A DNA stretch of 64,000 nt, from assembly GCA_963778805.1 (NCBI GenBank), contig CAVZVT010000005.1, positions 293,838 to 357,837 of the forward strand, in the 5' to 3' direction. The translations under genes were made by a program, and so were the position numbers. The stretch comes from an uncultured Chloroflexia bacterium (GTDB taxonomy: Bacteria > Chloroflexota > Limnocylindria > Limnocylindrales > CSP1-4). Shown piece after piece: positions 40,590-52,632 of the stretch. Within the stretch, counting starts at the first letter, position 1. The number at the start of each line of letters is the position of its first letter. A model generated the notes under the pieces. That model worked only from the letters and a program-made list of their open reading frames with translations, did not search any database and was not told the DNA's origin.

Positions 40590-42444
40590 TCAGGAGAGCG
40601 GCGGCGCTTCCAGACTTGGGGTGTTGCCGCCGATCGTGACGATGACGTCCGTTCGGATGGCCGGGTCGGTCACGAGTTCCACCTTCGTCTTGAAGGTCTT
40701 CTCGAGGAACGCGATCGTCGCGTCGAGACGGGCTTCCGCGCCGTTGTAGACCACGATCTTCGTGGCTGGCGGGATGGCGCCATCGGGCTTCTGTCGCGGT
40801 GACGAGGCCGCGAGACCCTTGTACTCGAGGTAGGCGGCGAGGGCCGGTCCGCGGCTCCGGTCGGCGAGCGGGTTGAGCACCCAGACCGAGGCACCCTCAT
40901 CGGCGAGCGACTCCGCCTGGGCCTCGTCGAGCGGGTTGCGCTTGAACGCCTGCTTGACCGCGCTTCGGATCCGGCTGACATTCGGGAACATCTTGTAGAT
41001 CGGCGCCCCGGGGGCCGTTTCGCTGCCGTACAACGGTGGCTGGAAGACGTACGAGCTGATGTTCGCGGTATCGATCTGGGAGGCGAGACCCAGGAGTTCG
41101 TCGAGCTGGTCGACCGGGATATCGGTCTTGATGGATTTCTTGAGCGCCTTCACGAGATCGGGCAGCACGGGGATCAGCTTCTGCGGGTCGGCCTGCTCGC
41201 GCATCGAGAGCAGCAGGCGCTGCTGCCGCGCGGCCCGGTCGAAGTCGTTGGTCGTGTGGCGGGATCGGGCGTAGCGGAGGGCTTCGGTGCCGTCCATGTG
41301 CTGGAGACCGCTCGCCACGTAGAGGCGGCGATCCTGGCCATCCGAGGCTGGGTAGTTGTCGTCGACGATCGGGACCTGGACGTTGACCGTCACGCCGCCG
41401 ATCTCGTTGAGGACCTGCTTGAACCCCTCGAAGTTGACCTCGACGAAGTAGTTGATGTCGAGGCCGTAGAGCTCGCCCAGCGTCGCCTTGAGCGCGTTGT
41501 AGCCGCGCGTCTTCTGCGTGCCCGACCACAGGTCCGATCGATTGCGGTTCTCGGAGAACAGCGAGTTGATCTTCTGGCCGTAGGTCGATCCCCAGAAGCT
41601 TCGCGCCGGGCCGGGCGGCAGCGGCACGTTGGTCATGTCGCGCGGGAGGCTGAACATCGCGACCTGCTTGGTGACCGGGTCGATCGAGACCGTGATCAGC
41701 GTGTCGGTGTTGTGACCCACCGTGCTCGACATCGGCGCCGATGAGCAGGATGTTCAGTCGTCCCTTGCCGTCCCACGGCGCGATCGAGACGAGCGGCAGG
41801 GGCGTGCCGATCGGGGTCGCTTCCGCCGTCGGTGCGGCGGTCGGTGTCAGCGATCCGGTCCCGTCATCGGTTTCGGTGGGTCCGGGCGTCGTCGGCGCCG
41901 CTGAGGCATCCCCGGTGTCGCCCGTGTCGCTGTCATCCGCGCAGACACTGGTCTGGTCGTCGCCGACGAAGATGCAGCCGCTCGTGAGGGCATCGATCGC
42001 GAGGACGTCGTAGCGGGCGACGACCACATGCGCGCCGAGCATGACGACGATGATCGCGAGGAGTCCGGCGATCGAGAGCGGGCGACGCGAGATCCTGGCC
42101 GGACCGAGATGGCCGGGGCCACCCGCGTCGTGCGCATTGAGGAATTCGGCGACCCGATACGCGTCGACGATCGCGACGATCCGGTAGATGACGACGATCA
42201 GGTTCACGACGAAGACCGACTGGAGGAAGAAGACGTCGAAGACGAGTCCGATCATCGACGCGCGGTCCATCCGCAGCAGCAGACCGGAGCCGAGGGCGAT
42301 GAACAGGATCGGCGCCGCCGCGAACGCGAGCGCCCGCATGGGCGCGCCGGCATACAGCTGACCCAGTCCCGGGAAGATCAGGGAGAGGAAGGCGGCCCCG
42401 AATGGCGAGCGGTGCCGCGGTCGCGGCTCCTGCGTTGGCTGCAT
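40590..42444 (-). CDS. LCP (LytR-Cps2A-Psr) family cell-envelope phosphotransferase with a multi-TM N-terminus (frameshift near 41735)
   Basis: LCP core (…SLPRDM…NYFVEVNFEGFKQVLNEIGGVTVNV…RYARSRH…) in one frame and the N-terminal TM plus Thr/Pro linker in another. Confidence 0.75.
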
Positions 42445-42527
42445 CGCGGGTAGGATACTCGGACCGCCCGATTCGACGCGCCCGTCGCCCTCCGAGCGTC
42501 GTCGACCACCTCCTCACCCGGAGTCGA

Positions 42528-45500
42528 ATGTTCCACGCCGTCAGCCCCAAGCCCGATCTCGTCGCCCAGGAGCACGACATCCTGGCCCGATGGCAGGAGC
42601 GGCGCACGTTCGCGCGATTGCGAGCCCAGAACGCCGGCGGCCCGAGATGGAGCTTCCTCGACGGCCCCATCACCGCGAACAATCCGATGGGCGTGCATCA
42701 CGCCTGGGGCCGCGCCTACAAGGACCTCTACCAGCGGTTCCACGCCATGCTCGGCGAGGACCAGCGGTACCAGAACGGCTTCGATTGCCAGGGGTTGTGG
42801 GTCGAGGTCAACGTCGAACGCGACCTCGGGTTCACCTCGAAACACGACATCGAGGCGTACGGCATCGACCGGTTCGTCACGTTGTGCAAGCAGCGCGTGT
42901 TGACGTACGCGGCGCGCCAGACCGAGCAATCGATCCGACTCGGGATGTGGATGGACTGGAACGATCCGGACGAGCTGCGTCGGCTCCACGACCTGCTGGG
43001 CGAGGATCCGGCCCAGACCACCACGATCCAGGGTCCCGAGGGACCGGTCACCGACACCGTCGAGATGCTCGTCGGGCGACTCGGGATGCCGGACACCGGG
43101 GGCTCCTACTTCACGTTCAGCAACGAGAACAACGACCTGATCTGGGGGTTCCTCGCCGAGTGTCATCAGCGCGGCTGGCTGTACAAGGGCCACGACACCA
43201 TGCCGTGGTGCGCTCGTTGCGGCACCGGGTTGTCGCAGACCGAGATGAACGAGGGGTACCAGGACAAGGAGGATCCCGGGCTGACGGTCCGGTTCCCGCT
43301 CACCGATCGACCGGGTGAGGCCCTGCTCGTCTGGACCACGACGCCGTGGACGCTCACGTCGAACGTGGCGGCTGCGGTGGGCGCGAACCTGCGGTACGTC
43401 CGCGTCCGCCAGGGCGAGGACCAGTTCTGGGTGGGCAAGGGCACGCTCAAGACCGCGCTCGAGGGACCGTTCGAGGTCCTCGACGAGGTGGCCGGCGCCG
43501 ATCTCGTCGGCTGGCGCTATGCGGGGCCGTTCGATGATCTTCCGGCCGTCAGGACGGCCTTCGCCGAGGGCACCCGGGACCAGCCCGACGTCCCATATGA
43601 GCACCGCGTCGTCGCCTGGACCGAGGTCGGCGAGGACGAAGGCACCGGGATCGTCCACATCGCCCCCGGCTGCGGCTCGGAGGACTTCCAGCTCGGGAAG
43701 TCGCTTGGCCTGCCGATCGTCGCGCCGCTCGATGAGTCGGGGCATGTGCTCGATGGGTTCGGGGCGCTGTCGGGGCGCGATGTCCGCGATGTCGCGGAAC
43801 CCATCTACGAACACCTCAAGCGCGAAGGCCGGTTCTATCGGCTTGAGACCATCACCCACCGCTACCCGCATTGCTGGCGTTGCAACACGCCGCTCGTGTT
43901 CCGACTCGTCGACGAGTGGTTCATCGACATGGGTCCGCTGTACGACCAGCCGCGCGAGACGCTGACCAAGGAACAGGTCGACGCGAGTCTTCGATACCAG
44001 ATCATGGAGACCGTCGACCGGATCCGCTGGTTCCCGGACTTCGGCTATGAGCGCGAGCTCGACTGGCTCCGCAACATGCACGACTGGATGATCAGCAAGA
44101 AGCGCTACTGGGGATTGGCGCTGCCCATCTACGACTGCGCCGCGTGCGGGACGGTCGAGGTCATCGGGGGACGTGCGGAACTCGAAGCGCGCGCCGTGGA
44201 GGGCTGGGAGGCGTTCGAGGGCCACACGCCGCACCGACCGCACGTCGACGCGGTCAGGATCGCCTGTCCAGGGTGCGGCGCTCCGGTCGAGCGCATCAAG
44301 GACGTCGGCAACCCCTGGCTCGATGCCGGGATCGTGCCGTTCTCCACATTGCACTTCCGCGAGGACCCCGACTACTGGGCCAAGTGGTTCCCCGCGGACT
44401 TCATCACCGAAAGCTTCCCGGGCCAGTTCCGGAACTGGTTCTACTCGATGCTGGCGATGTCCACCGTGCTCCGGCGCGAACCGCCCTTCACGTCCATCTT
44501 CGGCTACGCCCTCGTGTTCGCCGAGGACGGCCGGCCGATGCACAAGAGCTGGGGCAACGCGATCGAGTTCGATGAGGCCGCCGATCGCATGGGCGTGGAT
44601 GTCATGCGCTGGATGTTCGCGAGGGCACGGCCCGAGGAGAACATCATGTTCGGCTGGCACGCGGCCGACGAGGCACGCCGCGAGCTGCTGATCCTGTGGA
44701 ACGTCTATTCGTTCTTCGTGCGCTACGCGACGCTGGCCGCCTGGACGCCCGCCGAGTCGGCACCACCCGTCGCCGAGCGCGGCGCGCTCGACCGCTGGAT
44801 CCTGTCGCGCGCCGCCGGCACGGCCGCGACCGTCGAGGAGCATCTGCGCGAGGTGGATGCGGTCGGTGCGACGCGCGCCCTGTCGTCGTTCATGGACGGG
44901 CTGTCGACGTGGTATCTCCGCTCGTCGCGCGAACGGATGCGTCGCAATGACGACGTCCAGGACCGATCCGCGGCGTTCGCGACCCTCCATGCGGCGCTCG
45001 TCGCGACCACGCGGATGCTGGCGCCGATCCTGCCGTTCCTGTCCGATGCCGTGTACGAGAACCTCGTGACCGACGTCGCGGGCTCGCCGGACAGCGTGCA
45101 CCTCACGGCCTGGCCGTCCGGGGACCTGGCGCCGCACCGGGACGAGCGTCTGGAGGCGGCCATGGCGGTCGCGCAGGACGCGGTGGATCTGGCACGGACG
45201 CTGCGGGCATCGGCGCGGATCCGGACCCGCCAGCCCCTGGCCCAGGCCTGGCTGGCGCTGCCCGACCGCGGGCTCGATGTCGGTCCGGAACTCCTCGCGA
45301 TCATCGCCGACGAGATCAACGTCAAGACGGTCACGGTCATCGACGATGACTCGGCGTTGGTCGAGCGACGCGTCAAGCCGCTCCTGCCCAAGATCGGCAA
45401 ACGCCTCGGTTCGGCGATCCCGGCGGTCATGGCGGCCGCGCGAGAGGGGGCCGTGACGTTCGGGGCGGACGGCTCGGTGACGCTGGCCGGAGTGACCCTG

Positions 45501-45876
45501 GCGGCGGACGAAGTCGAGATCCAGGCCTCGCCCCGACCCGGCACGGCCGTCGCCGATCGCGACGGGCTGGTCATGGTCATCGACACCGAGCTGACGCCGG
45601 CCCTTCGTACCGAAGGCGACGCCCGCGAGCTCCAGCGCGCCATCCAGGACCTTCGCAAGGAGGTCGGCCTGGAACTCGACGACCGCATCGAACTCTGGCT
45701 CGGTGGCATCGCGGCCGGGATCGAAGCCCATCTCGGCCCGGTGCTCGACGAGACGCTGGCCACGCGCATGGATGGAGCGGTCCCGGCTGGGCACCGGATC
45801 GGCCTCGATCGAGCTCGATGGCGGTCCAGTGCGCATCGCCATCCGCCGAGACGAGCGGGGGAGTGGCCCGACGTGA
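42528..45876 (+). CDS. ileS: isoleucine--tRNA ligase (frameshift near 45780 fuses the tail to the lspA frame)
   Basis: HMGH (PITANNPMGVHH), KMSKS-like KSWGN, and a zinc-binding C-terminus; the native stop TGA 45874-45876 is reached in the alternate frame. Confidence 0.9.
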
Positions 45877-46460
45877 CGACCGACATCGACGAAACCACGG
45901 ACGTCGAAGCCGCGGACCAGGGCACCGACGGCGACGTGACGGCTGAGGCCGCGACCAAGACGACGGCGAGTGGCCGTCCGCGATGGTTCGTGTTCTTCTC
46001 GATCGTCATCGCGGTCATCGTGCTCGATCAGGCCAGCAAGGCCTGGCTGGTCGCGACCGTCGCGCCCGGCGAGGTCCTCCACGTCATCGGCGACCTGCTG
46101 CGTCTGATCCAGAGCCAGAACTCGGGAGCGCTCTTCGGGATGTTCCGGGACCAGGCGCTCCTGTTCGGGCTCGTCTCGCTGGCGGTCGTCGCCTTGATCG
46201 TCGCGTATCACGCGAAGTCCGGCCGCAACATCTACATGTCCGTCGCCCTGGGCCTGCTGCTCGGTGGCGCGATCGGCAACCTGCTCGACCGGTTCCGGCT
46301 CAACCACGTCGTGGACTGGGTGGACATGGGCATCGGCGACATCCGGTTCTGGACCTTCAATCTGGCCGACGCCGCCATCACGACGGCGATCCTGATGCTC
46401 ATCGGTCTGGCGCTGTTCCCGAGCGTCGCGGCACGGCTGGGAGCGCCCATCGATGGCTGA
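45873..46460 (+). CDS. lspA: lipoprotein signal peptidase II
   Basis: 4 TM helices with the …NSGALFGMF… and …DWVDM…NLAD motifs; the GTG overlaps the ileS stop. Confidence 0.8.
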   Translation: MTTDIDETTDVEAADQGTDGDVTAEAATKTTASGRPRWFVFFSIVIAVIVLDQASKAWLVATVAPGEVLHVIGDLLRLIQSQNSGALFGMFRDQALLFGLVSLAVVALIVAYHAKSGRNIYMSVALGLLLGGAIGNLLDRFRLNHVVDWVDMGIGDIRFWTFNLADAAITTAILMLIGLALFPSVAARLGAPIDG

Positions 46461-47412
46461 GGCCGCGGTGGTCCCCGGTACCAGGACGCTGCTCGTCCCC
46501 GACGGGTCGCCCGGCCGGGTGGATCGATTTGTCGCGGACGCGACCGGGATGTCTCGAAGCTACGTCCAGAAACTCATCTCCGATGGGCGCCTGACCTCCC
46601 ATGGCCATGCCCTCCGGGCCAACTCGATCGTCGTGCCCGGGGTGGAACTGCAGCTCGACGTCCCGCCACCCGAACCGCTCGACATCCCGCCGGCCCCCGA
46701 CATCCCGGTCGTCGTCGTCTACGAGGACGACGACATCCTGATCATCGACAAGCCATCGGGCCTCGTGGTCCATCCCGGTCCGGGCCACTCGTCGGACACG
46801 CTCGTGAACGCGTTGCTGGCCCGCGCGGGTGGCTCCGAGTACGGCGGGATCGCCGGCGTCTCGCGCCCCGGTATCGTCCACCGGCTGGACCGCGACACCA
46901 GCGGTCTCCTGATGGTCGCCAAGCACGACGGCGCCCAGGCGTCGCTGATGGCGCAGCTCAAGGCCCGTCGGGTCAAGAAGACGTATCTCGCGCTCGTGCA
47001 GGGGAACGTGTCGGCGACCGCTGGCCGCATCGAAGCCCCGATCGGACGCGACCCGAAGCATCGGACACGGATGGCCGTGGTGCCCGATGGACGAGCGTCG
47101 GTGACGGGCTACCGGGTCCGCGAACGGTTCGCGGCGTGGACCGAACTGGAACTGGATCTTGTCACCGGTCGGACGCACCAGATCCGCGTCCATCTCGATG
47201 CGATCGGCCATCCCATCGCGGGCGACCCGGTCTACGGCGGCGCCACCGCCCGACGCGGCCCCGAGGGTCTGGAACGACTCTTCCTCCACGCCTGGCGACT
47301 CGAGCTCAACGCACCGTCCGACGGTCACCTGATCCGCGCGACCGCGCCACTCCCGGAATCACTCGAGGCGGTCCTGGAAGGGCTGCGCTTCGTGGAAGGT
47401 TCGGAGCGTTGA
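46453..47412 (+). CDS. rluD: 23S rRNA pseudouridine synthase, RluA/RluD family
   Basis: S4 domain and catalytic motif HRLDRDTSGLL. Confidence 0.85.
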   Translation: MAEAAVVPGTRTLLVPDGSPGRVDRFVADATGMSRSYVQKLISDGRLTSHGHALRANSIVVPGVELQLDVPPPEPLDIPPAPDIPVVVVYEDDDILIIDKPSGLVVHPGPGHSSDTLVNALLARAGGSEYGGIAGVSRPGIVHRLDRDTSGLLMVAKHDGAQASLMAQLKARRVKKTYLALVQGNVSATAGRIEAPIGRDPKHRTRMAVVPDGRASVTGYRVRERFAAWTELELDLVTGRTHQIRVHLDAIGHPIAGDPVYGGATARRGPEGLERLFLHAWRLELNAPSDGHLIRATAPLPESLEAVLEGLRFVEGSER

Positions 47413-48056
47413 GCGACGCGCCCGCCGCGTTCCCGCAAGGCGAGCCGGCCGAAGGGGCGCCTGGCGCCCAGCTCGTGATCATCTCCGGCCCCAGCGGCGT
47501 GGGGAAGGACACCATCATCGACGCCCTCCGGGAACGCCCTCGCCAGCCCGATCACCACTTCGTCGTCACCTGCACGACGCGGCCACCGCGACCCGGCGAG
47601 ATCGACGGCGTCAGCTACCACTTCCTCGACCGCGAGCGATTCCTCGCGCTCCGCGATGGCGGTGGACTCCTCGAGGCCAACGAGGTCCACGGCAACTGGT
47701 ACGGCACGCCGCGCGCGGAGGTCCGCGATGCGCTGACCGCCGGTCATGACGTCATCCTCAAGATCGATGTCCAGGGCGCCCAGCACGTCAAGGAGCGGGT
47801 CGAGGAAGCCTTGCTGATCTTCATCGTGCCGCCGTCGATGGAGACGCTCTTCGCCCGTCTGAAGGCGCGTGCCACCGAGACCGCCGACGAACTCGAACTT
47901 CGCCAGAGGAACGCGGCGATCGAGCTCGCTCGCCAGCAGGACTACGACCACGTCGTCGTCAATGAGACCGGGCAGGTCGAGCGCACCGCCGAGACGATCG
48001 ACGCGATCATCGAGGAGACCCACCGGCTTCATCCGACGCGACGGGTCCGCGTGTAG
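47409..48056 (+). CDS. gmk: guanylate kinase
   Basis: P-loop ISGPSGVGKD; the start codon is uncertain (TTG 47409 or downstream). Confidence 0.75.
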   Translation: MSDAPAAFPQGEPAEGAPGAQLVIISGPSGVGKDTIIDALRERPRQPDHHFVVTCTTRPPRPGEIDGVSYHFLDRERFLALRDGGGLLEANEVHGNWYGTPRAEVRDALTAGHDVILKIDVQGAQHVKERVEEALLIFIVPPSMETLFARLKARATETADELELRQRNAAIELARQQDYDHVVVNETGQVERTAETIDAIIEETHRLHPTRRVRV

Positions 48057-48131
48057 CGTCGCCCGTGACCCTGGGTCTGGACGCCGATCCGGTCGCGACC
48101 CGTCGATGACGCCCGGCTCGTCGAGGTCGCC

Positions 48132-50579
48132 GTGGATGCGGCCGGGGCGGCGGGAGCCCGGACATACACCTACCTCGTCCCGGCGTCCCTCGCGGACCTG
48201 ATCTCGGGCGAGGCCGTGCTGGTCGAGTACGGCCGCCGCCAGGCACTCGGCGTCGTGCTTGGCGACGCGGTCGGGGTGCCGGCCGGCGTGACCCCCAAGC
48301 CCGTCGTCGACCGGGTCCGCGCCGACGGTCCGCTGCTCCCGCCGCTCGGCCTGGACCTGGCGCGCTGGATCGCGAACCACTACCTCGCCCCGGCCGCCAT
48401 GGTCCTCCGCGCGATGCTGCCGCCGGGGATGCTCGAGCGGCTGGAACTCGTCGCGGAGTTGACACCAGCCGGGGCCAGTGCTGCCGCGGACGCGATGGCC
48501 CCGGATGGCACCGGGCTCGATATCGTCGACCAGGACCTGGTCGCCCAGCTCGACCGCGGACCACGCCCCGCACGGGATCTCGCAGCGCCGGAAGGGCGGG
48601 CGGGTCTGGCTCGGCGTTTGAAGTCGCTCGAGGGTCGCGGGATCGTCACGCTGGACTGGACGTTGCTCGCGGCGTCGGGCGGGCCACGGTACGAGCGCTG
48701 GGCACAGCTCACCGACGACGGGGTGGCCGCGGCCCGAACCATCGCGGCGGGCGGGCGGATCGATGGTCGGCCGCTCGGGCCACGTCAGGTGGCGGCCCTG
48801 GCCGAGCTCGCGACACCCGAGACCGCGGCCGACGGGACGGCGACGGCCGGCATCGCCGAGCGGCACGGCTCGTCCGCCCTGGTCGGTCTGGTCCGCCGCG
48901 GTCTCGTGGCGACGACCGTCCGGGAACGCCCGCGGCGGCCCCTCGCCGGTCGCGCGGTCGGTCGACGCGGTGCCCGGCCGACGGCCTCGACGCTGCTGCC
49001 CGAGCAGGCGGAGGCCGTCGGGCTCGTGGCGGACGCGATGACGTCCCGGGACGCGACGCCGCTCCTCCTCGAAGGCGTGACCGGCGGCGGCAAGACCGCG
49101 GTCTACGTCGAGGCCATCGTCGCGGCGCTCGAAGCCGGCCGGCCGGCCCTCGTCCTCGTGCCGGAGATCTCCCTGGCGCTCCCGCTCGTCGATCGGTTGC
49201 GCGCGGACCTCGACGCCCGGATCGCCATCGTGCACTCCGGGCTCGGCGACGGCGAGCGAGCCGATGAGTGGCGGCGGATCCGCGCGGGTGACGTCGACGT
49301 GGTGGTCGGGACGCGGCTCGCGGTGCTGGCGCCGCTGGCGGACGTCGGGCTCATCGTGGTCGACGAGGAACATGACGCGGCGTACAAGAGCGACCGGACC
49401 CCGCGGTTCCAGGCCCGCGACGCCGCGATCGAGCTGGGACGCCTGGCGGGCGCGGCGGTGATCCTCGGGTCGGCGACCCCCGCGGTCGAGAGCCTCGGTC
49501 ATGCCCGGGAGGGTCGCTATCGCCATGTCGTCCTGCCCGGGCGACCCGTCGGACAGCTGCCATCCATCGAGGTCGTGGACCTCCGAGCCGAGCTGGCGGC
49601 CGGCGAACGTGGCTTGCTGTCGCGACCGCTCGTCGCCGCATTGACCGCACTGGATATCGCCGGTGGCGACCAGGCGATCCTCGTCCTCAACCGGCGGGGG
49701 AGTGCCTCGGTCGTGCTGTGTCGGGACTGCGGGTACGTCCAGGCGTGCCCGGATTGCGAACGGCCGCTCGTCTATCACCAGGCGGGCACGACGCTGCGCT
49801 GCCATCACTGCGGCCGGGCCACGCCACTCGCGACGCGCTGTCCGAACTGCACCTCGCCACGGATCCGCTATCTCGGCGGCGGCACGGAACGCGTCGAACG
49901 CGAGGTCCGCGAACGATTCCCGAACCTGCGCGTCGGCCGGCTCGACCGCGATGTCGTCGACCGCCGGGGCGCGGCGGAGAAGGTCATCGACGCGTTCAGC
50001 GAGGGGCGCCTGGACATCCTCGTCGGGACCAGCCTGGTCGCCAAGGGGCTCGACATCCCCGCGGTCACGGTCGTGGGTGTGGTGTCGAGCGACATCGCGT
50101 TGAACCTGCCCGACGAGCGCGCCGCCGAGCGGACCTACCAGCTGCTCAGCCAGGCCGTCGGTCGGGCGGGTCGAGGCGATCGCCCAGGCCGGGCGTTCCT
50201 GCAGACCTACCAGCCCGACCACCCGGCCATCGTTGCGGTCGCGACCGGGGATGCCACCGCCTTCTACGACGCGGAGCTGGCCATGCGCCAGCGGTTCGGG
50301 TCGCCGCCCTTCGGTCGACTGGTCAAGCTCACCATCGGGCTGACCGATCGCGCAGCGGCCGAGCGGGACGCCACGACGATGGTCGAGCGACTGCGTGCCC
50401 GATCCCAGGCCGTCGGCAGTGGCGTGACGGTCGTCGGTCCGGCACCGGCCTACATCGCGCGGCGGGCCGACCGGTGGCGGTTCAACGTCGTGCTTCGCGG
50501 CCACGATCCGGTCGCCCTGCTCGACGGCGGCCTCGATGCGCCGTGGTCCATCGACGTGGACCCTGAATCGCTGTTGTAG
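48132..50579 (+). CDS. priA: primosomal protein N' (replication restart helicase PriA)
   Basis: Walker A GVTGGGKT, DEAH-like box, and the Cys-rich zinc region CRDCGYVQACPDCERPLVYH…CHHCG…CPNC. Confidence 0.9.
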   Translation: MDAAGAAGARTYTYLVPASLADLISGEAVLVEYGRRQALGVVLGDAVGVPAGVTPKPVVDRVRADGPLLPPLGLDLARWIANHYLAPAAMVLRAMLPPGMLERLELVAELTPAGASAAADAMAPDGTGLDIVDQDLVAQLDRGPRPARDLAAPEGRAGLARRLKSLEGRGIVTLDWTLLAASGGPRYERWAQLTDDGVAAARTIAAGGRIDGRPLGPRQVAALAELATPETAADGTATAGIAERHGSSALVGLVRRGLVATTVRERPRRPLAGRAVGRRGARPTASTLLPEQAEAVGLVADAMTSRDATPLLLEGVTGGGKTAVYVEAIVAALEAGRPALVLVPEISLALPLVDRLRADLDARIAIVHSGLGDGERADEWRRIRAGDVDVVVGTRLAVLAPLADVGLIVVDEEHDAAYKSDRTPRFQARDAAIELGRLAGAAVILGSATPAVESLGHAREGRYRHVVLPGRPVGQLPSIEVVDLRAELAAGERGLLSRPLVAALTALDIAGGDQAILVLNRRGSASVVLCRDCGYVQACPDCERPLVYHQAGTTLRCHHCGRATPLATRCPNCTSPRIRYLGGGTERVEREVRERFPNLRVGRLDRDVVDRRGAAEKVIDAFSEGRLDILVGTSLVAKGLDIPAVTVVGVVSSDIALNLPDERAAERTYQLLSQAVGRAGRGDRPGRAFLQTYQPDHPAIVAVATGDATAFYDAELAMRQRFGSPPFGRLVKLTIGLTDRAAAERDATTMVERLRARSQAVGSGVTVVGPAPAYIARRADRWRFNVVLRGHDPVALLDGGLDAPWSIDVDPESLL

Positions 50580-50647
50580 GGCCTCGTCGGCGACCTGCCC
50601 AAGCCGTTCGTGCGACGATGTAGCGGCATCAACACAAGGAGCGGGAC

Positions 50648-51098
50648 ATGACCGAGAACCACGAAACCCACGACACGTCGTCCAGCGGCACGCCCAAGGC
50701 GAGCGGCGCGACCGCGATCCTCGAGTCGCTCCGCGAGGCGTTCGACGACCTGACCGAGCGCGCCACGCCGGCCGTCCGCGAAGTCTCCGCGCGGGCCGCC
50801 GAGCTCACCGCGATGGCCGCGACCAAGGCGGCCCCGTACGCCCGAAAGGCCGGCGACGTGACGGCCGACGCCAGTGGCAAACTCGCCGACCGGTCGCGTA
50901 CCTGGGCGGCCGAGCTGCGATCGACGATCGATGGCGCGACCACCGATGCGACGGATGCCAGCCGAGGCCACCGCCGACGCGGCCGCCGATGCCGGCGACG
51001 CCGCCTCCGATGCCGCTGACGCGGTCTCCGACGCGGCGGAGCACGTGACCCGGCCCGTCGTCGATCCGTCGCCCGCGCCGGACGCGCCGGCCTCCTGA
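50648..51098 (+). CDS. hypothetical Ala/Asp-rich protein (frameshift near 50950)
   Basis: A 150-aa ORF with an AAGGAG RBS; helical, low-complexity C-terminal ADAAADAGDAASDAADAVSDAAE in the +1 frame. Confidence 0.4.
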
Positions 51099-51141
51099 GC
51101 CAGTCCGGCCGGACGCTCGCGTCTCGCTATACTTCGCGGCC

Positions 51142-51657
51142 ATGAGCGTCCGTCCGATCGTCCTGCTGGGCGACCCCCGTCTCCGCCTCAAAGGCCTCCC
51201 TGTCGAGAGCTTCGGCAAGTACCTGCACGAGCTGCTCGGCGATCTCGCGCACACGATGCGTGACGCCCCTGGCGTCGGACTGGCGGCACCGCAGCTGGGC
51301 GAGCCGCTCCAGGCCTGCGTGATCGAGGTCGAGAACCACCTCTACGAGCTCGTCAATCCGCAGATCGTGCGCTCGAGCGGCGACGACCGGGACCTCGAAG
51401 GGTGCCTGTCCATCCCGGGCTACGTGGCGTACGTCACGCGTCGCGAGAAGGTGTGGGTGGTCGCCCAGGACCGTCATGGTCAGAAGATCAAGGTCGCCGG
51501 TTCCGGCCTGCTCGGTCGGGCGCTCCAGCACGAACTCGACCACCTCGACGGGAAGCTCTACATCGACTACCTGGACTCGATGGATGAATTGATGGCGGTC
51601 GGGCAGGGCGACGAGGACGACGCCGAGGTCCGCGAGGCGACGAGCGCCCTGGCGTGA
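51142..51657 (+). CDS. def: peptide deformylase
   Basis: Motifs GVGLAAPQ, EGCLS, and HELDH; TATACT lies 9 nt upstream of the ATG. Confidence 0.9.
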   Translation: MSVRPIVLLGDPRLRLKGLPVESFGKYLHELLGDLAHTMRDAPGVGLAAPQLGEPLQACVIEVENHLYELVNPQIVRSSGDDRDLEGCLSIPGYVAYVTRREKVWVVAQDRHGQKIKVAGSGLLGRALQHELDHLDGKLYIDYLDSMDELMAVGQGDEDDAEVREATSALA

Positions 51658-52608
51658 CACGGACCGGTCCGGTCCGGACGGTCTTCATCGGCAGCGGCGG
51701 GTTCGGCCGCGAAAGTCTGCGGCGGCTCGTCGACCATCCGGCGATCGATCTGGTCGGCGTGGTGACCGCGCCCCCTCGACCATCGGGCCGCAAGGCGACC
51801 ACGACCCCCACGGTCATCGGCACGCTGGCGAACGAGCTGCGATGTGCCCGCCGTCCTGACACCGGAGCGTCTCCGCTCGCCGGACTCGATCGATGCGGTC
51901 CTTGCCCTCGCGCCGAGCCTGCTCGTCCTCGCCGACTACGGCCGGATGGTGCCGATGGCGCTCCTGGACCTGCCCCACCGGGCGCTCAACCTCCATCCGT
52001 CGTTGCTGCCCAGGCATCGCGGTGCCACCCCGATCCCGGCGACCATCCTCGCGGGCGATCGCGAGACCGGCGTGACCCTCATGTGCATGGACGACGGCCT
52101 GGACACCGGACCGATCGTCGCGCAGGTGCGGGTCGCCCTCGACGGCACGGAGACGACGCCGGTCCTCGAGGATCGATTGGAGGTGATGGCGGCGGATCTG
52201 CTGGCATCACGACTCGGGCCGTGGGTCCGTGGCGAGCTACCGGCCGAGCCGCAACCGGCCGTCGGCGCGACGATGACCCGGCCGCTTCGACGCGAGGACG
52301 GTCGGCTGGATCCACGCGCGTCCACCACCGAACTCGCGCGACAGGTCCGGGCCTACCAGCCCTGGCCCGGTTCGTTCATCGATACGGCTGTCGGCAGGAT
52401 CATCGTGTGGGCGGCCGACGACTCGGGTGCCCCGAACGACGGGGAGGACCCCACGCCGGGTCGCATCGGTGCCCTCGGGATGTCCGCAGCGGATGGTGCC
52501 TGCCTCGCGTTCCGTGAGGTCCAGCCGGCCGGCGGCCAACGGATGTCATGGGACGCGTATGTGCGCGGTCATCCGGCCGTCGTCGGGAGTCAGGTCGTCG
52601 TCGAGTGA
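51654..52608 (+). CDS. fmt: methionyl-tRNA formyltransferase (frameshift near 51840)
   Basis: N-terminal VFIGSGGFG and the formyl-transferase core (…NLHPSLLPRHRGATPI…) in two frames; the GTG overlaps the def stop. Confidence 0.85.
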
Positions 52609-52632
52609 GCGCGCTGCGGTAGCATCGCCAAC

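Noticed and set aside
42445-42527. T-box riboswitch leader upstream of ileS
   Set aside because: The divergent intergenic region is only 83 nt. It lacks the conserved T-box sequence (AGGGUGGNACCGCG) and any specifier-loop or antiterminator architecture. ileS appears to be expressed from a simple TAGGAT promoter with a GGAG RBS.
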